Assembly: GCA_977018835.1 (NCBI GenBank)
Contig: OZ361256.1
Location: forward strand, 6,262,001-6,326,000
Direction of reading: 5' to 3'
DNA length: 64,000 bases
Source: Minutocellus sp. GHC0000111
Lineage: Eukaryota
The position numbers and the translations under genes are program-made. Below, piece by piece: positions 33,760-44,896 of the stretch (positions are counted from its first letter, which is position 1; each line of letters begins with the position of its first letter). The notes beneath the pieces are model-generated. The model was not told where the DNA came from. It was given only the letters and a program-made list of their open reading frames with translations, and did no database searches.

Positions 33760-33893
33760 CGAACCAAAAGCTTCGAAGAAAATCCAGCAACACACTCTTG
33801 CGTCGTATCTTTCATTTTCCCATCCCACTTGAGCTCACTTTTTCAGATCCTTGATCGAACTCAAAGCCAAAAAGCAATCAAATCACAATTATC

Positions 33894-34835
33894 ATGAAGA
33901 TTTCCTACCCTCCCGCAACCCTTGCCGCACTTACCAGCGTCGCTGATGCCAACATCTTTGCCTTCCAGCACGGTGGATGTGCTCCCTGCGCCGCCGCGAA
34001 CACCGCAAACCGTCCCTCTACGTCTCTTGACATGCGCCGTCGTCGATCACCCATGATGCGATCGCTCATGGGTCCTCCCTCGCAGCGATCGATGTTTGCT
34101 GAGTTCGAACACATGAACGAACTGATGGAACGTCAGTTCAATGATTTCTTCGAAGCTCCCATGATGCTCCGTCCCACGGCTCCCTCGCCCTTCCTTTCTC
34201 CCCGTCGCGCTCGCGATGCCCTCATGCTGCCCGATCGTGCCGCGGCCGCTTACCGTCGCCCCACCTACCGATACCGCATCGACGAGGAGGACGATAAGTA
34301 TACCCTCTCAGTCGAGCTTCCAGGAGTCAAGGCGTCGGATGTCAATGTCAGCCTCGAGCAGGATGGACGCGTCCTTCGCATCAGCGGTATGAGAAAAGTT
34401 GCCGACGGTGACATGGCATACGAGTCCAAATTCTCCAAAGACTTTGTTCTCAACAAGGACGTCCACGTGGAGGGCATCGAGGCCAACCTATCCGAGGGAG
34501 TAATGAGTATCGTTGCACCCAAGAAGCCCAAGGTCGAACCAAAGTCCATCTCCATCCCGATCCAGGAGGAGGTTCCTGAGATTGCAGAGGAAGCAGTAGC
34601 CGAGGAGGAAACGACCATTAAGGTAGACAATGCGGAAGAAGAAGAGGTTGGAATTGAAATGAAGACCGAGGCCGAGGCCGAGCCCACACCCGACGAGGAG
34701 GTTGTCGATCTCGATGAGAAGCCTGTCGAAGAATCTCCTTCTGTTGAAGCCGCCAAGGCCGATGCAACTCAAGATGAGGGAGAGAGTCAGCCACTTAAGG
34801 ATGATCTCCTCGAGGACGGCGACATTCTGATTTAA
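33894..34835 (+). CDS. Small heat-shock protein (HSP20/alpha-crystallin domain) with acidic C-terminal extension
   Basis: YTLSVELPGVKASDVNVSLE...LRISG...IEANLSEGVMSIVAPK...ISIPI. Confidence 0.92.
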   Translation: MKISYPPATLAALTSVADANIFAFQHGGCAPCAAANTANRPSTSLDMRRRRSPMMRSLMGPPSQRSMFAEFEHMNELMERQFNDFFEAPMMLRPTAPSPFLSPRRARDALMLPDRAAAAYRRPTYRYRIDEEDDKYTLSVELPGVKASDVNVSLEQDGRVLRISGMRKVADGDMAYESKFSKDFVLNKDVHVEGIEANLSEGVMSIVAPKKPKVEPKSISIPIQEEVPEIAEEAVAEEETTIKVDNAEEEEVGIEMKTEAEAEPTPDEEVVDLDEKPVEESPSVEAAKADATQDEGESQPLKDDLLEDGDILI

Positions 34836-34932
34836 GTAATGCGATCATACACATTCAAGATCTAGAAGTAACTACTTTAGCATAATTCACCATTAATCTA
34901 TGCTTTCCCTCTCTACACTATGAATAAATTGA

Positions 34933-36099
34933 TTACCAGTTATTCGGATCTTCGAAAACTGCATCCGTTGGGACTGTATCTGTATCGAAATGATGGTTGA
35001 ACAATTGGTTTCGAAAGCCTTCGTCAGCGGCCAAGTCGCCAATGACCTCCTCATAGGTCATGTCATAAAACGCCTCATCGCTCTGAGGAACACGGAGGAA
35101 CGTGGCCGGCCCAACGGTGTTGTGCAGCCTCCACCAAATGATGTAGCAGGCAAAGTACGATTCGCAATTGGGTTCGCTTTGGGCGCACGAGGGTGATAAG
35201 GTCTGCGACTGCGAATCATGAATGCAGCAAAAGCTGGGCTTGCACATATCATAGCACTGCCGGAAGGATCCCTCGGGGTTGTACTTGTCGCACATCGGTC
35301 CCATGTTGTCCGGTGGGCATGGCACTGCATTATTGGGAGAATCATCAATGCACCGATATGTGTTGATTCCCTGACTGGGCACACTTCTAGTGCTTTCCTC
35401 GTCACCACTCTCCCCGGTATCGTTATCATTGCTGACCAAGTTCAATTGCTGACTCTTTCGTCTTCTTCGTCGAGGATCGGTGCGGTTGTCTATGCCGTCA
35501 CTACCACGAAGCGTTCGCGGGTGCACACCAGCTGCCACCATGGGTTCTTCGAGAGACATTAGTCTTCGATGACGTTGTCTTTGAGTGGCGAGACCAAGTG
35601 TATCTGGAGTCACAAAGTCGTCATCGGCGTCAATTTTCGATACCAACCCCTCCGTATTTTCTTCTTGTTGCAATTTTTCATCTTTGCTGCTGCGCGGCAT
35701 AGCCACGCCAAACTCTTGTTCAATGTATTTTCTTTCATCATCGCTTAGCAGCTTGGCATCATATACGCTGAGAGGGTATGGCCAAGTCCATTCTCCTGAT
35801 TGTATTCCAAAGTTATCTGCCTGTTTGTCAAGGTCGTTTTGAGGTATATGGCCGCTTGCTTTTGATTGTACTAGTATCTTGTCGTCGTTGCCGGTCGAAG
35901 AGGTCCAATCCGACACATCAAAGTAGTGCTCTCCTAGCTCATCTATGGATTCATATCGACTACGTCTTTTGCTTGTGCTGTCGCCTGCAGCAGATGCACT
36001 TGGTGCAGTACTGCTAAGCACAAGGGCGGCCAGCAAAGTAGCGCCGCGAATATCTCTCCGCCTACTTGTTGTGGCAGGGCGCGGACGTTTATTGTGCAT
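34933..36099 (-). CDS. Secreted protein with C-terminal Cys-rich diatom domain
   Basis: Signal ATLLAALVLSSTAPSASA; RRL/RTL motifs; CDKY..GSFRQC...CKPSFCCIHD...C..Y..CYIIWW domain shared with 36449-38532. Confidence 0.8.
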   Translation of the reverse strand: MHNKRPRPATTSRRRDIRGATLLAALVLSSTAPSASAAGDSTSKRRSRYESIDELGEHYFDVSDWTSSTGNDDKILVQSKASGHIPQNDLDKQADNFGIQSGEWTWPYPLSVYDAKLLSDDERKYIEQEFGVAMPRSSKDEKLQQEENTEGLVSKIDADDDFVTPDTLGLATQRQRHRRLMSLEEPMVAAGVHPRTLRGSDGIDNRTDPRRRRRKSQQLNLVSNDNDTGESGDEESTRSVPSQGINTYRCIDDSPNNAVPCPPDNMGPMCDKYNPEGSFRQCYDMCKPSFCCIHDSQSQTLSPSCAQSEPNCESYFACYIIWWRLHNTVGPATFLRVPQSDEAFYDMTYEEVIGDLAADEGFRNQLFNHHFDTDTVPTDAVFEDPNNW

Positions 36100-36448
36100 G
36101 GTTTTCGACGAAATGGTTTGAATAGGGTGCCAACTACGTAGCTAGCACGGCACGATACTTGACGCGTATCGAAGGTGTTGCTTCGTGGCCGATCGGTGCA
36201 TCGCCGCCAAGGGCAGTGAGATATTCTCCGCCAGAGCATGCCAGGCCAATCCGCCGCCAATCCAACTGAAGAGCCGGGCGTGCGTTGGGTCGGCGTCGGG
36301 AGGGGGGAAATTTAGGTATATTTTTACGAGACAGAGCAAGCCCGCCGCGCCACGCGGGCGCGCGCCAACAAATCCCTCGCTGCTCGACCCCCGCTCGAAG
36401 AACGCAAGTCAGCCCGCCACTGTACCCGCCATACTACAGCTCAAAGGC

Positions 36449-38532
36449 ATGACGAAAGGACCACTGCAGACAGCAATAACGGCGGCAGCACTTGCCTGCC
36501 TGGTGCTTCAACGCGTCTCATTGCTCTCGTCCTTCGCGAGAGCTGGTGCCATCGAAAGTCCAAACGAAGATACGATTGATCATCTGATACGGCGGCGGAA
36601 CGGCGCATCGACTTCAACTTCTCAACGGCCGCTTCATGTGCAGGATGGGGAAAGGAACGATGCAACTGTTCCAGGTGAAGAAACGACAAATGATAGCAAG
36701 TTCTACGATTTTGCTGATTGGAGCAACGACGATGTAAGTTCCCTCGTATGCTTGGTGCACTTTTTCGAGCACATTTTGTGCTGATTATATATTTTTTCAC
36801 TCTACTTTGTGCACTTGGTACATAACTGACTTTTCTTACATGCACTCAATTCCACCCACCACCATAGAAACAATTACTGCGCAATCTTCTGAGTCGCATG
36901 GAAGGCATTCTCCCAGATATGGACATGGGCATCCTTCACGATCGTTATATGGAAGTAAATCGTCAAGACGGCCCTGATGATCAACAATCTCCTCCTCCTC
37001 CTACTACTTCCCGACGACGACGGCTGATGGAGGAGGTTGACGAATCTGCTATAAAGGACGACACTGGCAGATTGCTTCGTACAACAAGTGGCGATACATC
37101 TACTCGAAAGAAGAAGGGACAAAAGAAGAAGGGGATGGACAAGTGGGACGACGAAGCAACGGTCAACTGGGCCAAGAGGGGTGGTGATAACGACAAGAAG
37201 GATGATAGCCGAAAGCAAAAGAAATCCAGAGATGACAGCAGGAAGAGAAAGAACAGCAGCAACGGCAAGAAACGAAGCAACAAGAAGAAACGCCAGAATG
37301 GCGATACCGGTGATGATTTCTACGCCAAGGTCGCCGGCAAGAAGAAGGTGACGGTGAGTTCTGACGACAAATCTCGCAAATCTCGTAAGAACAAGGACAG
37401 TCGCAAAGTGGACGATCATGACTACAGTGACAGCGACGACAAGAGCAACGTTAGGAAACAAAAGAAGAAAACGAATGGTTCGCGGAAAAAGAAAGCCTCT
37501 GACAACACAACCAACAAGAGGATTAAATCAAGCTTTCAGCCGAAATTCGATGAGAGCTTTCGGGATAGCGAGGATGAGGTGGATATTTTCAAGAAGAAGC
37601 AGAAGAAGAAGCGCGACCGAAGGCTCAAGTCATCCAAGCAAACCAAGGATGAGGGTAGCAGCGACGACGAGTACACTAGCGAGCCAACCTCTGAACCAAC
37701 GTATGAAGCAACCCACGAGGATAGTCTGGAGGAATGCCCGGAGCATTACTATTATGACAGCGACGATGGTAACTACTATCCAGACACTCAATATCATCAC
37801 TCCAAGAGTAGCAAAGGGGCAAAGAGTTCCAAGGGCTCCTCCACAACGAGAAATAAATCTTCAAAGTTCAAATCGGCAAAGCGCGCCATCCGACGTCGTG
37901 AGCTGAAATCTGGCAAGACTCAAAAAGGATCGAAATCTAGCAAGGCGTCCAAAGGGAGCAGTGCAAGTTATGATCTCACGCCCTGCTACCCTCCCGGCCA
38001 CGGCTCCGATGATGACTTTGAGGAATATATCCACTCGAGAGGCGATTGTGACGACGGAGGCAATGGAGGGAATGGGGACGGAGTGCCTTGTCCCAGCGTG
38101 GATCTTCGAAAGGTATGTGACAAATATGATTATGACGGATCATTTCGCGAGTGTCTGGAAGCCTGTGAACCGAGCTTTTGTTGTATTCACGACGCGTTAT
38201 CGCCGCCGGCTCCCAACTCGAACTATTTGGCCCCGAACTGCAACGAGGATGTGAATTGCGCTCAGTACTCGTATTGCTACATTGCCTGGTGGAAGTTAGC
38301 GGATACAATTGGACCCGCGATATACCTCAGATTGGAACAAAACGATGATTTCTTTGACGTTGAAGCACATGAGATTCAAGGAGATCAGACAGGCGACCCC
38401 TTCTACCAACAATTCATGTTGCACCACTTCAATGACGTGGACGAAATCTTAGAGGCCGGTACAGATAGCAACGGTGATTTTAAGGCGTCAACAGTATTCA
38501 ACGACCCTGACTTTTGGGAAACTAACATATAG
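36449..38532 (+). CDS. Secreted K/S/D-rich (silaffin/cingulin-like composition) protein with the same Cys-rich C-terminal domain (intron 36734-36867)
   Basis: Signal-like N-terminus, GTAAG...TAG intron in phase 0, KxxK-rich tracts, RRL/REL motifs, CDKY..GSFREC...CEPSFCCIHD. Confidence 0.75.
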
Positions 38533-38597
38533 GATGGCTTATTACTATGTTTCAATTGGGAAAATAACATATAGGATGGCTTATTACTATGTTTCAA
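38514..38597. repeat. 42-bp tandem duplication spanning a stop codon
   Basis: TTGGGAAA(C/A)TAACATATAGGATGGCTTATTACTATGTTTCAA twice, with one mismatch. Confidence 0.9.
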
Positions 38598-38611
38598 GTC
38601 TACATTGCCTA

Positions 38612-39550
38612 CTAGTGAACAAGACCGCAATCGCATTCGTTGCAACCCTCCATCTTGACATCAAGAACAAGGAGGATCCGTGCCTGAGATGCTGATACAT
38701 TCGTTGGCGATCTGTGCAAAACACCCTGGCGAAAGTTGTGCTTGACCTTTGCCACGTCTGCCCAACGATGGCCAACCAGCATTATGGGTTGACCCGCTTT
38801 GGCTCGGGACGGCTTTATGTCAAGGGCTTTCACAACCTCTTCCTTCCACTTTGTGCCGGGGTATTCACGAAATTTCGCTGGGGGAGTATTATCCACCATG
38901 TTGCGAAGCAGGCCTCCATTGTTATAGTGAGAGGCGTGCTCCTCCGGATCCAAGAAGACGCTACCGGGGCCGTGAAGAGTCTCGATCCAACGAATGGGGA
39001 CATTGTCTACATGATATGCCGGGCATTGCGTCGCCTTCTCTCCATGGAGATTCGACACCTTGATTTCGTATCCGAGAATTCGACCCGAATCCAAATTCGC
39101 CTCGCAAAACGAAATGAATGTTTTCATGCTATCTTCAATGTCAGCAAGCCTTGCGCGATGCGCCTCTTTGTCGTCGTCGAAGCAGGAATTGATAGAACAA
39201 GAGATGCTATTCGCAACTAGCGCGAAATCCTCCTCTTTCTCCCAAGTCGCAACGTACTTTTTGCTCTCAGGCGCCAGTTTAGCACGAATCTTCGAGAACA
39301 GTTTGGCCTTGGGGGTCCAAGAAATAAGATCTCGTCTGACGACGGGGCAAATCACGGATGGTGCTCCAAAACTCGGGCTCTGTGTGACCTTTTGATTGCC
39401 GTTGGCGTGTGGAATCGGCATCGGCGAGGGTACATTCCCGTAAGCTGTGATCGCCATGCTACAAACAAGGTGATGTTGTAGGTGTAGGAAGAAGCTGCCG
39501 GCACCAGCAAACAAGACTATGCTTCCTGTAAGCTTGCGCTTGGGATGCAT
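38612..39550 (-). CDS. DUF1826-like protein (putative 2OG-Fe(II)-oxygenase fold)
   Basis: CPAYHVDNVPIRWIETLHGPGS...HRSP...RILLVLD matches the CPxFHxD...HRSP family pattern. Confidence 0.8.
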   Translation of the reverse strand: MHPKRKLTGSIVLFAGAGSFFLHLQHHLVCSMAITAYGNVPSPMPIPHANGNQKVTQSPSFGAPSVICPVVRRDLISWTPKAKLFSKIRAKLAPESKKYVATWEKEEDFALVANSISCSINSCFDDDKEAHRARLADIEDSMKTFISFCEANLDSGRILGYEIKVSNLHGEKATQCPAYHVDNVPIRWIETLHGPGSVFLDPEEHASHYNNGGLLRNMVDNTPPAKFREYPGTKWKEEVVKALDIKPSRAKAGQPIMLVGHRWADVAKVKHNFRQGVLHRSPTNVSASQARILLVLDVKMEGCNECDCGLVH

Positions 39551-39923
39551 GTCAATATCAATATCGTGGATCTGTACCAGTAACAAAACATGCCGAGTCG
39601 ATCTGCGTGGAGCGGTTATTTATAGCTTACTTTTTTCGTGCTCGGTGGCTCTTTTCCGGCCCTTTCGCTTGCATACTCTGGCTCTTTTGGTGCGAACCCT
39701 TCTCAGCTGACGGTCCTGCGATCGCGAACCAAAGCAAAGGTAAAACGACGAGAGAAATCGTTAAGTGTACATGTACATGTGAGCACTCTTTTTACCTACC
39801 GGTATGTCAATCTACATAACAATAGTAAATTGTACGATAGACTATTATTAGTAGGCCTTATATGCACTCATTTTTGTCCAAAACCGTAGATTTATCTAGA
39901 CTCTAGATCTACACCTAGCTAAA

Positions 39924-41391
39924 GAGTGATTCCACGAGGCACTAGGAATTTTTTTTGTGCGATACTTTATGCAGCGCAAAAATGAACCCACTAAATGGCC
40001 TCTCTCAACACGGCGAAAGCAAGGAGAATTCATCTCCACAAGAAGGCCACCAAATGATGGTATAACGATAAATAACTCCAAGCCAACCGATGTATACGCC
40101 AACTACATGCGTTAGGTGAGTATTGCATACTTGAAAGCAAACTCATTCGTACATCATGTGCTATTTTAGCAACATCTCCTCATGCCCAGAAATTTTCAAT
40201 ATTTTTTACCCTCAAAATGGCAAAGAATGATGGCTGATGCTTGTCTACATCCATTTCAATCCTCCCTGACCGGCATTACTTTCACTTGGGTAATATTGGG
40301 AGCAAGTTTGCGCCAGAGGGTCGATATTGGGCCCCATCTTTGTATCATTGTGGCCGTCACCATGGAAAGCAAAAACATCTGAAAGTAGCAAATCCCCAAC
40401 TACAACCCCCTTCAAGCCTCAACCACTGTTCCTTCACGCAATATCAGCACGCACGATGCTCATTCTATATTACATCCATCGATCTCACGTGTTGGTTTGG
40501 CCGCTTTCTCCGGTTTCGTTCCTCTCGGGCGGCAGAAGCAATGAAGGTGAAATCTGGTGCCGACATCAGACACGGGACTTTGGGAATAGTTTTCTCTATG
40601 AATTGTCAAGAAATGCCACCACCCCCCACTCAAATGCGCTTGGTATATATATGGGTGAAGCGTCGACGGCTCAGTGCAACGGAAGTGGTGCATGGACCGC
40701 ATAAAAGCATCCGGACCAACTTTCGGATGGGTGGTGTAATGGGGGTGGTAATGGCGCTGGGCCACATTTCGCGGTACAGGCACGCACCGACGCACCGCTA
40801 TCGCCCAAAAATCCCTTCCAGTAATATTCAGGAAGGCATCTAGGTGGTCAGAGTGTATGCGATGGCCGGGGTGGTGCTGTACATCGGGCGAACATGGTCG
40901 TGATGGAACGTCGGAAACTGTCGAAAAAATCGGGTCTAACGCGAACGAATTTTTCAAGGCTCAAAAAAGTAATTGCAAGTCTCCTGCTGCACCACAGTGT
41001 TGTGAAAGGCTATTACAAGGGTATGGTGCCCCGTAGTCTTGATTGTTCTCAATGGGAGGCACGTCGGCGACACATGTTGTGGCCCCATTCGTTGAACGAA
41101 ATGGGTTTTGTTTCGTTATAAAGTTTGATGTATTTTTTCTTTCTTGAAACAGCACAAGTGTATTCTACGACATAAAAATAAATTTTCAAACAATAGTGTA
41201 CCAAAAGAAACACTCTAATACCGTATCTATATCATGTGCTAAAAGAGCACCAAGATCATTGTACCAACTTCCTTTTATTGTTGATTATGGTCTACAATAC
41301 CCTTCTGAGTAAGGATCATCAATAAAAGGAAGTTGGTACAATGTTTACGAAACATCGCGGAGGGGGTGTCTGCTCTCTCGTGAAATCACTC
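39924..41391. mobile_element. Non-autonomous TIR DNA transposon (GAG...CTC termini, 4-bp TSD; Sola-like)
   Basis: TIRs GAGTGATTCCACGAG / CTCGTGAAATCACTC (14/15 match), flanked on both sides by TAAA (39920-23, 41392-95). No credible coding ORF inside. Confidence 0.75.
41257..41343. repeat. Perfect 24-bp inverted repeat (hairpin)
   Basis: CATTGTACCAACTTCCTTTTATTG ... CAATAAAAGGAAGTTGGTACAATG with a 39-nt spacer. Confidence 0.92.
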
Positions 41392-41402
41392 TAAAAAAAC
41401 CT

Positions 41403-44094
41403 CTACTTCCTCCGCCCAGGTCTGATGACCTTCTTAATCGACCGACCAATGCTTTCGAGAACTTCTTCCACCTCCGAAGTTGGTCCCATCTCTAGGTTTT
41501 GCACTGTCTGTCGTCTTTCATTCTTGCTCTTTATAGCCATTCGAGTGGCGGCAGCGATATCCTTGGACGAGAAGCCAGCGTCCTCGAGGCACTGCTCTCG
41601 TTGATCACGATTCAGAACAGGACAAAATCCTGTGGGAACATTTCGCTCGTCGCGAGCATGAGAATGCGCCACTGCACTGAACCTTACCGTTAAACGTGGA
41701 ATGTGCCTCCAACCTATTCCCACCGGCGGCCCTCCTGTGACCGATGGGTTGTCAGAATAGCATCGCTCGTAGGTCCGGACCTCGGCAACAGAAAATCTCA
41801 CTTGTTTCTTGATCATCTGACCTTTCTTGGTGGTGGTAGAATTCATCCCGGTACCAGCACCAATTCTTCGGTTGGACTTGAGAGAGGATATTTTACGTTG
41901 GATCCGATCCTGGTCTTGGCGAAGCGCATGGCGAGCTGAGTTGAGATTCTTTCGACTGTTTGGTTGCGCTATGCGCTGACTCGATGTAGCCATGCGTGGA
42001 ACAGCTCGATTTGGTTTTAAAGAAGCGACCGCTGCCTGGGACCTTCGCTGTTGTTGTCCCTGGAGTCGGTTGCCAGATGTGTTGGATCCACTGTTTGCGC
42101 CGGATCCATGCGACGACAGCGGAGCATCAACGGTGCTGCTTTCGACAGTGGGTTGCTCTTCTGACGGATTTCCGATAGGCTCTCCTCCGAAATGAGTTCC
42201 AGGTTGGTCTGCGGCCTCTGTCTACGTAGAGCAAGGATGGCGTGGTACAAAGACCGTCGATGGCCAGGCAATATTTCCATCCGTTCCAGCTCGGACTTGT
42301 CGATATATCGCACTCGATCCAAACTGTCATAACCCTCCTCAATGAACTTGTCGGTATATCTCTCTAGACACTGCTTCGAAAGCCAGCTGGCCACACGGGC
42401 ACGATTGATGCTCTCCTCCTCACTACCGCTGTGCTCCGACGACCGGCGAGCCTTGCGATTCTTGTTGGTACTGGGATGATGACCTCGAGCGATGGAACTG
42501 GCGGTGGTCAGCACATCCAAACTTCCAGGAACAACGGCATGGGACTCGGTGATCGAAGAAGCCACCGATATGTCGGTACTTATACAGGTACCAACGTAGA
42601 TACTCGCGGCGGCTACATTGACCTCCCGTTGGGTGGCTTGATGGGAAACACTGTTGACAGTCCGTTCAATCGTTGCGGTGTCATGTCGCTCACTGCGCTC
42701 GACGTTCACCCTTGGGCTATCGATCAAATTTCTTGACGGACTTGCCGACGACGACCTCGACGACTGCTTGACCGTGGCATCGTCCTCCTTGCTCAGCTCA
42801 ACAGTTTCTGGCTGGGTGCTGACCGTCCCTCCCTCTCGAGGGAGGAGATCCTGTGCATCCTCCGCCTCTTCGTAGTTGTAGTCCCCGTCGGTCGATATCT
42901 TGCCGCCAGCTCTTCGTCAGAGTCACGCTTGCGAAGGTCCTGAGGATGATTCTCGCTCTGCTGGACGATGGGCGGCATGTCCTCTTGGTAGGAATATTTC
43001 CGGAGTGCATTCTTGGCGTTGGGACCACGGCTCTTACCGGACAAGTTGGCATCGGACTGCGATCGCATTCGGCTCGATGGCATTTTGCCTTGCTGTCGAA
43101 GCTCGGCAACTGTCGGTCGGTCGGGGGCTCGGCGGGACTTGCCCTTCTGTTGCAGCCCTTGTTGGATGCTCGTCACGGTAGTATTTGCTGCGGACTTCGA
43201 TAGATTTTCTGTACTCTGCCTCTCCTGAGATGCGGCAGCTGCTGCCATGGCAATAGACTGGGCACTGGACGTGTTCCGTCCCAAGGCCTTCTCTCGTTGA
43301 TATCTGGCCACGATGAGTCGACGCTGGGCATCCGTCAGCGTGATGCCATGAGACTGCAGCAGCGAGCTGGAACTTGAGCTGTTGACTGAGGATTGACTTC
43401 CATGGTGTAGGTTATTGGCCTGCTGATCTGCTTGCATTTGATATTCATTTGCTTCTGACTCTTCTTCGTCCTCTTCCTCCTCTTCATCAAACACTTCGTT
43501 GGCATTGAAATCGAGGGATTTGTCGGAATTCTGACGAAGGTTCATGATTTCTCGTTTGTGCTGATCAATGACAAGGTCCTTCTCGTCTTCGGTATCGAGC
43601 GTCGTGATGCTGCTCAAATTGCGCGTCATCTTCTCCGTGGCGTCCGTCATGTTGGACTGTCCCGTCTTGACGCTCAGATGCGCACCGGAACCCCGACGGT
43701 TCTGGGCTGCCTTGGACTTGGACAACTTTCGGACCAGCGGCGGTGCGTCGACGGCGGCTTCGTCGTCGTTCGGATAGTTTTGCACCATTCGAGAATGCGC
43801 GTATTGTGCACGCTTTTGGACAGTGTTTGGCCGATTATCCTGTGCGGTATCAACGCCGCTAGTTGCATTCCGACGATCTCGGCCGTCCATCGAGTCCATG
43901 TCGGCGGCCTCCCGAAGGACGTCGTGGTACATGTATATACGCTGCCGGGCTGCGCTCGTTAGAGATTCGATCGATTGTTCGCTCCCCCGGGTGGTGAAGG
44001 AACTTTCAGGCCCACCGGAATGCATACTAGTAGTAGCTGGAGGTACATCCGATGCGGGCCGTTCGGACAGCGACATGTCCCGTCTTCTTTCCAT
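41403..44094 (-). CDS. SAM-domain protein with C-terminal diatom 'DNPSV-GPP-GIGW' domain; two apparent frameshifts (~42900, ~42183)
   Basis: SAM: VASWLSKQCLERYTDKFIEEGYDSLDRVRYIDKSELERMEILPGHRR. C-terminus: VRFSVAEVRTYER..SDNPSVTGGPPVGIGW. Three overlapping ORFs join after single-base frame corrections. Confidence 0.7.
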
Positions 44095-44896
44095 CCGTCC
44101 GCTTCGCTCACTGCCCGAGCAGGGGTTCTGTGCCGTTTATGAAGATACTAGCCTACCAAGTTCCGGCACAAGCGAAAACACAAGATGTGCCGACTTGCAA
44201 TTCGTCACCTCAGCCTCCTTCCTCGAGAAAGACAAGCTGAGAATCGGAGGGGGGAGGGACGTAATGATAAATTCACGCTTCCGTTGCCCGGCATTCACGC
44301 CGCACAGCAGATGGCAAACTTCCCAGCAAACTTCCAATTTCAAGTGAGAAGAAATGTCAGACCGTCGCAGGGGCTATTGTAACGCAATATGTCATCTGAC
44401 GTGGACTTTTTTATTTTGAACTGCCTCATAACACCTATTCAAATTTCTCTTTTTATCTTTTAAATTTCCTTCTTCCCCTCTTGTTTCTACAGTATTTGAT
44501 TTATTCCCCTCGAAAACGCACCCTGCTGGGTCATAAGATTGGTCGTCGGTCATCGTCCACGCGTGAATGGGGCCATAATGTTTGAATTTCAGTCCAGTGT
44601 CGTTGCGACATAAAAGTATGCCGCCTTCAACCATAGGCTTGGAAGCACGAAGAATGCACACAAACACTTCCCGCAGTGCAATCACACACACACAGCTTGA
44701 AAGCGACATCACGCGGACGGTTGATACAAAAAAAGAAAGCAAGCGCCTCTGGCCAATAATTGCTGACAGTATCTGTTGCTCGCATCTATCCCAGAATTAT
44801 CTTTTGTGTTAGGCCACAACTTTTACATCCGCCTCACAAAGCTTTGCTTTCGGGCACTGAGCACATACCTATTGCGTTTACCGTCTCTATACGTAA

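Noticed and set aside
33765..33790. Canonical heat-shock element upstream of HSP20
   Set aside because: GAA/TTC triplets are present but not in a clean nGAAnnTTCnnGAAn register.
40241..40957. 150-200-aa ORFs inside the TIR element
   Set aside because: No transposase-like motifs and atypical composition; treated as non-coding.
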